From NCBI GenBank assembly GCA_051362555.1, contig CM120641.1, forward strand, positions 44,336,401 through 44,400,400: DNA of 64,000 bases, written 5' to 3'. The translations under genes and the position numbers were made by a program. The stretch comes from Lingula anatina. Taxonomy: Eukaryota > Animalia > Brachiopoda. A model generated the notes under the pieces. It was not told the origin of the DNA. It saw only the letters and a list, made by a program, of their open reading frames with translations, and ran no database searches. How positions within the stretch are numbered: position 1 is the first letter of the stretch; each line of letters starts with the position of its first letter. Shown piece after piece: positions 55,843-64,000 of this stretch.

Positions 55843-57813
55843 CAGTGTATGAAATGGCCGCCTGCCCGCCAGCCCGAGGCTGGTAACTTTCAGGCCGGGC
55901 GGGTAAGATTTGCAAATTACCCGCCCGACGGGCTGGCTATTTTTACAGCCTATTTTCACCTTTTATTTTGTCTATGTTCACAAGCGATTTCAACAAAATA
56001 TCAAATAAACTCACTGTTTTCACCCACTTTCATAGAAGCAAAGAACTAACCATAGCTTGCAATCGAACGCTCGTATCGAAATGTAACTAACAGTCTCCCT
56101 CTCAGTGGCCTCGTTTTCGAAGTTCCGTCTGTGTGATATGAAGTTGAAAGACAATTTGAAACGAGGCACATTGTTCTTAACCAGCTTCAGTGCACAGTAG
56201 GATTCATGTTGATTCACCGTATAGATCTTGGTAATAATAGAAGTATAAATATTTTGATGCATCTAGAAAGATCTAAATATTTATACTTATATTAGTGCAC
56301 AGCAGATAACGTTATGTCATTGTTTTGTGTAGAGGAGATACCGCGAGTAGCAATTTGAAGGCTGAGAGTAAAAAAATTTGAAAGTATGAAAAATTATGAT
56401 ATTGATAAAAATAGACTTAATCAACAGTAATAAAGGCAACGGAGGCAAATTAAAGGAGAATTTTACAAAAAATTTGAATCCCAAAATTATGAGTGAACGT
56501 ACGAGTTTACGCCGTGCGTCAGATGTAGTTCTTTTCCCACATGCTTTCATCTTGGGCTGTCAAAAATGAAAAAATTCTATCAAGTCCGATAGAAAACTTC
56601 ACAAAAGAAAAACAATTGAAGAAAGAAATAAAAATAACAAAGATTACGACAGAACCAAACGAAAAAAGAACAAATTGGGACCCATGGATAGGTGACTTCG
56701 ATTTGCAATTAGTCGAGCGGCAACATTTTTTGTAAAACCGTAACTCGAAAGTATCATGCATTGCAACCGAGCGCAAGCATCTCGATCCAATAACTCGCCC
56801 ATACTCGCCCCATATGTGATAGATACAATACGAGTCGCTGAGCTGTACGTGAAACATTACGAGTGTATTGGCGAGCCGCAGGCGAGACAATACACGAGTA
56901 ATTTTCACGTACAGCTCGGCGACGAGTGTTGTATCTGGCTTAAACCACGGCCTCTGATTGGCTACTACACTAGTAGTGCAACAGAACGTGGAACGCACTT
57001 GTACATGACGTGCTTGTATGTCGAATGTGGTTTAAAATATATTGTAGCCTCTATGTGATATATATATAGCTATTCTCAATAAGCAATGCTTTCGAGATAC
57101 GGGGCCCTGCAGGACCGTTCCCGACCGCTTTTTAAAGCTTAAAAGCGATATTCAAAGGGACCATACGTGCTGAATTCTTTCTTCTTTATTGTAAGCACAG
57201 AGATCGATTTATTTGACAACAATATATATATTTGGTCATACTTGTTGCTATACAGAAAAGCAAAAATTATGATCAAATGATATCACGAAATCGGAATAAA
57301 AGTTATGAATAAATTATTGAAGAAGAAATGAGACAGCCTGCAAGATGAACATAAACTGAATTGACTACCCCCGCCCTCCCCCGCCCTCCCCCGCCCGCTA
57401 AAGGGCCCTGAAAATTTTTGGTAGGCCTATTTTAGATGGTGAATGGTGCCATTTGGTATGGTTTAGAACTATGATTCAACTAGTGAAAGTCTTATTTCAA
57501 GAGGTGAGTTTTTTTTACAGGAATTAAAAGGGGGGCGTCAGGAGCCCCCTGACCCCCTCTAAATCCAACACTGACAAGGTATCATTCAGTAGAAATTCCA
57601 ACCAATTTCTAAATTTCCATGCATAAGGCATGATATTGCCCTTTCATTTCCAAATTACTCTCCCAAGAATGCATTCTAGACCCCCTCAGCATACCTCTCT
57701 TAACTCTAGGGGTTATCATAACCAGGGCAGGTAACTACATGGCCGGGCTGGTAACTTTTCAGAGTTACCTGCCCGGCGGTCTGGCTAGTAATTTCCTTGA
57801 ATTTCATACACTG
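55843..57813. mobile_element. About 1.97-kb non-autonomous TIR DNA transposon (hAT/P-like)
   Basis: Perfect 13-bp TIR CAGTGTATGAAAT / ATTTCATACACTG. 7-bp TSD caaatgc (55836-55842, 57814-57820). An approx. 60-bp subterminal block is repeated in direct orientation at both ends. No transposase ORF. Confidence 0.9.
56821..56936. repeat. About 116-bp imperfect palindrome (Crypton-like core) nested in the transposon
   Basis: Arms gtcgctgagctgtacgtgaaacattacgagtgtattg / caatacacgagtaattttcacgtacagctcggcgac around the loop gcgagccgcaggcgaga. Confidence 0.8.
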
Positions 57814-58713
57814 CAAATGCTCCTTTTGTATTAAGTACAAAGTTCCTGATTTCACTAATCATCTAATCAGATTCTCACAGGAGTAGGGACAGGAACTTTC
57901 AGTTTGACTGCCCGACTGCTCTTTTTGTGGCAATGTTTTGTTAACAATTTTAAATTAAGTAGTAAAAAATTCTTCCAATCTGTTTGTAACAAATAAAAAA
58001 TATTTGCAACGAAGCACCTTTTCATAATTTCAGTTGATTTAGCTTTGGTTTTTCAATGAGATGAACTTTCCGTTTTGCAAATAAACATCTTACCGGAGAA
58101 TTGGTTTTAACCAATAAATGTTAAAAACTAAAATTAATATTCATACATTGTATATATGTAAACACATTGATGTTCAATAATTACAACAATACGTAAGACT
58201 TTTTTTGTGAACAATTTGATTTGGCACGAAAATCCTCAAATTAAGGATAATTATAATCCCTCTTTTATAATTACATTTACCCTTGACGCCCTGCACATAG
58301 AGTATAAAACATGATATTTTTAAGTGTGTATACGAAAATCGTCCCTGTTCAGCTTTCAACATATAATATAATAATATATGCAGGTCCTACAAATTTTTTC
58401 ATTTCTTTTTCTGTAGTTGGTTTGATACATAAGCGATAAAACAAATTCTTGTAAAAGAAACAGTTTTGACTATATTAGTAGTCAAAATCTTGACACAAAA
58501 GCATTTTTGAACCATTTGAAAATATTTAAATGTAACAATCCGAATAAATGTTATACGTTTACAACATTCTGCCAATTTTAAACTAATAAGCAAAAAAATC
58601 TGGATAAAATTTGTTTTTCTTTTCATATCAATTCAAGTCTGCAAGCATGTTGCTCCATAAATGTTAATAAAGGATTTCAAAAATAATGCATAACTATCCA
58701 TATAACTATTATT

Positions 58714-61700
58714 TCAATATGGACGACAACAGTTATTGCTTATTCCGTACGTTAACCGATAACAGTAAAACACAATGAAATTGGTCACATTCACAACAGC
58801 TTGCAAACCGGCAGCCACAGAGGCCGCTATAATGGCTGCTTGAGCTGCTGAAGTGCAGCCGATCTCATTCCCACACCTAAATATCCCTGAAATTGCATAT
58901 CCCAGGCACATCAAAGACATGCCCATGCTGATATTACTCTGAATCTGATGGTTAAAAACCTGAAAAGATAAATTTATCACAGTTACACAGAGACATCTAT
59001 AAATGGTGCTTCAGAAAATATGCTGTGTGCATCCTAACTGCTTTAGTTGTCTTCATACAGAAGTTAATAAATACATCACAAAACTGCGATCCCATGTTTT
59101 ATCTTTTGATGCAGGATTCTATCTCTATTAGAATTTTAATCTACAAATTGATACAGGAAATGCTGGTTTTGACCGTTAATGAAAAGGTTTGGAATTTAAC
59201 AAATCGTTACCATTATTAATAATGTAACCATGTATATCCTACACTGACTGTTACACTCTCAACTTACCCAGCGTTTCATATATATGTTGTTGATAAGGGG
59301 CGTTTGACGGGAAGCATACATTCCAATAAATCCAGCAGAGATAGTCTATAAAATTGAAAAAAAAGTTCAAAATTGAATATACTTTCATATTAATACAGAT
59401 GTACCAGAAGCTTTGGGTCTTCATATTCATGAGGTGATAATACGTGTGAAAATTAAAAATATGAAGAGTCTGGATCTGAAATTCAACCTACATTTATTTA
59501 AAAACATCACAGTTGACAAATATTTGACCATTCAATTTCATCCTAGACGTTCGTTTTGCAAGACATTGTTGGCATAGCCATTAATGGTGAAATATATTAA
59601 TTTTCAAAAGCTTGCATACAAGAATACTTCCATTTGCTGTGCTAAATTCTTTACTATATATATCAATACATCGTCCACTATCTAAACACACTTTAAAACT
59701 TCTTGACACTACCTAAGGTTGAGCATGTGTTCTTTCTTTTATACGTAGAAAACACGAAAAAATGAGACATAATAGTTACTTGTTTTACAAGTTGCATTTG
59801 ATAGAATTAAGAGAAATTTTATCAAATTGTGTCTGCAGTACAGTAGAAAAGAAAGGAAAAACTGCTCTGATTCTCACCTTCCTTCCTCATATTTGAATAT
59901 TACATCACGTATACTGATAAATTATAAATTAATAAAACGATAAACTTACCATACCTCCAGTCCAAAAAGGAGCCCAAGAACTAAACGGAAAGATTCTCAG
60001 ACCTCTTATGTCGGAGAGCGAAAGGAACACATACTCTACACTTGCAACCACAATGTGTATACACCCAGCTAACACTTGGAACATTGCCAAAAAGAACAAC
60101 CTCTTGAGTGCGACGACCAGGCGCTTGGTGGATTCATCTGAAAAGACAGAATATAGATCCTCGCACACTCGTCAAACTATAGAGGATTATATAGAGGCCT
60201 CTTATCATGCACGAAAGTCCACGTTAGTGTATTTTAAAGCTTGAAATCTGTTTCACATCTTTGGCCCCTATCCATTTCTCCAACTATAAATACAAATACT
60301 ACAGAATAAACCAAACTCCATGTAGACTGCATGGACAGAAGGATTAATAAACTTCTCAATTACTTCTGATGGAAAATTTATACAGGTAATGAGATATCTA
60401 CATCGCCTTTTATATAAACATCTAGATTAAGCAAGAGGGCTAAGTTTTACTCTCTAAGCTGGGTCATGAGGTATGCAAGATAATGCTGTTCAAACTGGGT
60501 CTTAGTAAGTAAGAAGGCCTATCTCCATCGAAAAGAGTCCTAATGTTAAAAAAAACATAACGCTAATGACTGGTGTTGAAAACTTAGGTCCCAGGCGCTC
60601 AACCATCAACGATAGTTAGGCCACAACTACAGTTTTACCTAATTATTAGAAAAAATACCTCACCTGCTTCCAAACATACCCAATTTTATATAACACAAAA
60701 ATATCGATGACCTATTGATTCAGAAATGAATTTTTGCAAAATGCTTAAGGACTTATCGAAGTGCACGGATTCATCCATCTCAAAAGTCAATTCTCATATA
60801 TTCTGTATATATTTAGACCAGAAAATAGAATAAAATGAATATAGGGTACCTTTGTAGAGGGTACCTCTGGTCGAATCATATTTTAATGGGCTTGAAGGTT
60901 CTTGTTTAAAACATCTTAAAACAGGGGCGGATCCAGAGATTCTGGAGTTTTCCTAATTATATTTGTTTATTCATCCTCTATTTTTTACGTCTTCCGAGAG
61001 GAAAAAATAGATTCCCGTCAATGTAAACTTGAAAGTTTTTGACCGTTTTCTGGAAGACCAAGAAGTCGGTTTTTGTCCACCACTGTAAAACCCTTGTTAT
61101 TGTAATTGTTAAACTAATTAATCTGAACAACAATGACATTGATCAAAGATTCATCTTAACAGAACTGAAAAAAAAAAAACGCTGAATAGAAATCAAAGAG
61201 CGAGAAGGTCGGGAGGCATAGAACATAAGTACCGAACATAACATAGAGCTTCAAAAGATGTGTATGATGTTGTATGTAATTCTAACATTACAGGAAATGG
61301 GCCGGTCGAGGACCAAAGGAAAGGTTGCTTCAGTGTAAGACCTTACACTGACTTCCCCACACTAAAGCAAGCAGGTAGAGGTTCGAGGCAAGTAACCTGC
61401 CCCCAACACACCCCATATAAGCATACAATAAATTAATAAATTAATTTCTATATTATCCAGCAAACATAGAACGTTGTTATAACGTTACCGTAACGTTTTT
61501 TTTATTATATAAACGTTATGGTAAAACTATAATAACGTTCTGTAAAGCTGGGTAGCTCTCCTTCTTTGCCCTACTGACCAAACAAAGACCACAGACTCAG
61601 CGTAGCAACCACTGTCTTCAAATTGTCTCCGATCAAACATTTCCCTACCTTGTTGTTGTTCATCTATCTGGAAAGTCGAAGAGATAGGCTGGACCTTGGT

Positions 61701-61715
61701 TTGTGGAGGTTCCAT
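58714..61715 (-). CDS. MS4A/CD20-like four-TM protein, 192 aa (exons 61715-61649, 60137-59950, 59345-59268, 58959-58714)
   Basis: GT-AG exons with phases 1,0,0 sum to 579 nt. Motifs LAMFQVLAG (TM1) and APFWTGGM|TISAGFIG (TM2), a Cys pair in the second extracellular loop (CGNEIGC), and juxtamembrane C-terminal Cys. Confidence 0.8.
60922..61085. mobile_element. Second, inverted and more diverged copy of the CAGGGGCGGAT MITE
   Basis: Aligns by eye with the reverse complement of 48613-48760 (cccgtcaatgtaa, gaccgt..tctggaagacc). 5-bp TSD taaaa on both sides. Confidence 0.85.
61456..61552. mobile_element. About 97-bp MITE of the animal CACTA/EnSpm type
   Basis: Termini (t)ccagcaaaca ... gctggg, flanked by TA/TA, with multiple internal AACGTT palindromes. 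Confidence 0.65.
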
Positions 61716-62306
61716 GGAGATATATAATAGTTTCAGATTGGTATGAGATCTAGCTCCACACACTGTTACCTTCGGGTTCTAAAATGCTTACTAACCCTAG
61801 TCGCCCAGAGTGTAAACGCTGATTGCGAAATCAATGCTTTGTGCGCACAAAACTTCTTTGTTTGTCTTCTTTGCGCAAATATACAATACATAAATGAATC
61901 GTTTTTGCCTTTATTCATTTACATAAAACCCCGTGACGGAAGAATGGACTCGGATGCTATTAAAGCAAAAAGTTGCAAGACTTTCAAGAATATCAACTTA
62001 AAAAAGGCCTTTTAAGGCGAAATATTACAAGAAGGTGTAATCTTCAAAACTTGTTATACAGCGCATTTTATATAAATTCTCAATGTGCCTTTCAAATTGT
62101 CAGAATTGTGACAACAGAATTTAAACAATTCATGTATATGCTAGGTCCAGGGTTTTACAGTGTATCGGCATTTATAGACGAGCATAACGCTTATTCCGTA
62201 TGACCAAAGGTAAATTTGCAGGGTTTACTGTTTGTCAACATTTATAGCAACGTAGCTGCCATTTGTTTACAATTCAGATCAAGTAACTGCATCGCACTTG
62301 TTAGCA

Positions 62307-62336
62307 GTTACCTTGGCAACTATGTTTCTTGGCGAC
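62307..62336. promoter_or_regulatory. Paired RFX X-box-like motifs upstream of the MS4A-like gene
   Basis: GTTACCTTGGCAAC at 62307-62320 is near-consensus, followed by GTTTCTTGGCGAC at 62324-62336. About 600 nt upstream of ATG 61715. Confidence 0.5.
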
Positions 62337-62394
62337 TGTATTTGATTTCCATCGATTAATACGCCTATATTTGGACGTGGAACCCAACCAAGCG

Positions 62395-62820
62395 ATAATA
62401 GCGTGCGACAACAGCACATCGGTGAAGTGGATGACAGACTTTTAGTAAAGTGCCCATTTAGAACTTGGTCTGTTGAAATAGGTCGTGCAGTCGTCAAGTA
62501 TAACGGATTAGTCTTATGTTCGACAATTCGATTGTAGCTGCCACTCTTAGTGGCCTCAGGATTGTTCCCTGACCACAGCGTCCGGTACTAGTCAGTTACA
62601 CAATTATTGTATCGGACCCTGTGGGATTTGGTGGTCAAGAGGAACGCGTTCTTCGCCAGACGCACCCTTTATATTTGTCACTGGGGGCGATTTCACACAT
62701 AGGTGTTGAGATGGGAACTTCACCATCTATTTCACGTATTACAAGTCTAGCATGGCCTCAGACTTTGATTGCACACAACCACACAACTATCCTCCACTGC
62801 TCCTGAGCCACCGTTTTACG
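62395..62820 (+). mobile_element. Decayed DDE transposase relic (hATm-like)
   Basis: Frameshifted collinear fragments IIACD, EIGRAVV..LVLC...L*LPL, LVSYTIIVSDPVGF, VVKRNAFFA and PEPP resemble the GCDGT, LGRPLQWLVC.LH.NELPL, VYAP.WF, IQRNAFFAHPE and TEPP motifs of this transposase group as I recall them. Confidence 0.55.
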
Positions 62821-64000
62821 GGGGAGGGGGGGGGGAGGAGTTACATTAGGGTAGATATCTGCATTGGATGAGATCCCACAGTAGCGATAGTCTGAAGGTT
62901 TAACAGTCCGAAGATTCATTGGTCCAAATGTTCACTATAAAACTTTCGGACTATCGAGACACTCTCGATCCCACAGGGACCCATACTTAAATTTCATATA
63001 CTATTTTAGAGGCAGTTATCAGATATCAGAGGGTACCTCAGGATTACTGTTGGGGTTCAGAAATGACAGAAATCTGATGTTTTTCTGATTCATTTTACAT
63101 GTGTGATTAGAAGTATGCACCTACATGTATATGACAGAGGAATCACAGGAGAACGCGTTTATTTTAGACAAAGTTATCCTCTGTTTATGTATAAGTAGTA
63201 GTGGTAGTAAAAAGTGTGCTCCTCATCTCTCTATCAACGTTAACTTAATTAAATTTTCATCTTTGGGGTGAAATAACTCTACTGTTGATATTTTGGCGGG
63301 GCCATGATTAAATAGGCCTATAGTAGGCCTAATTCTGAGAAAAAAGGACGTAATCAATGTAATGAACAGTTTTAAAGTGAACAACATAATTTTAATAATA
63401 GTTTATTTCTACATTAACATTATGTATATATAACAGTATAATAAAATGTGTACATATTAAAAATCCTTTCTATAATATATATCTTATCATAAATATGCTT
63501 ATTCATCAAAACTGTTCCTCTTTACTTATTGTGCTCCTATTTATTTTGATATCATTTCAGTTGAAGACCAATGTACAGTGTCATAAAAAAATACATCAAA
63601 GTTAAAAAATGAAAAGCTCAAATAATTCTTTTGCTAATTGTAAAAAACATGATGAAGATATAATCGGTCGTTAGTTATGTAAGACGAAAGATATGTTTAC
63701 AAGAAGTCATTGTGCGTTAATCCTGGTACAGTAATAGTTTTCCTGAAAATTCCAATAATTTCCTCTTTATCTCTACGGTTCACCCTGTCCATAACTCCTG
63801 AGTTATCACAATATATAAAATCGTTTCGATTCCTAATTTCTATTTATAGCGTTACTAGAGAAATTTACCCCTTTCTATTACCATGACGACAGTGATGAAA
63901 ACAAATATGAACAAATATGCCTTAAATGAGAGAAATATGCCTTTGTTCAAAGACGCCACTTGGTGATGATAAAAGTTTACTATGCAAACGTATAAATTAA

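Noticed and set aside
56317-57058. ORFs of 159 and 100 aa inside the 2-kb transposon
   Set aside because: No transposase or recombinase motifs; they run through the palindrome and low-complexity sequence.

Overview
AT-rich, intron-containing animal genomic DNA, probably a marine lophotrochozoan such as a mollusc (single actin intron after codon 41/42, microsatellites, many MITEs). It is not prokaryotic, so most short ORFs in the track are noise. Genes rebuilt by hand from GT-AG splice sites and reading phase: (1) a single-exon secreted, probably GPI-anchored Cys-rich protein with repeated CxFPxxxxxxW units and an ShKT-like module (5458-6918); (2) actin with several CArG boxes (18914-21236); (3,4) two tandem secreted Frizzled-CRD genes with non-canonical partner domains, CRD+FN3 (24854-29040, 3' end open) and CRD+two 'DYCR' calcium-blade-like repeats (31311-36762); (5) PCNA head-to-head with (6) MICU1; (7) a core-2/I-branching GT14 glycosyltransferase; (8) an MS4A/CD20-like tetraspan protein. 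Several non-autonomous DNA transposons with clear TIRs/TSDs and a decayed transposase relic are also present. The most interesting signals are the two exon-shuffled secreted CRD proteins, which may form an undescribed extracellular Wnt-modulator locus, and a candidate in-frame 21-nt MICU1 micro-exon at the position of the vertebrate MICU1.1 insert. No rRNA, tRNA or CRISPR features were seen. All homology statements come from motif recognition, not from searches.
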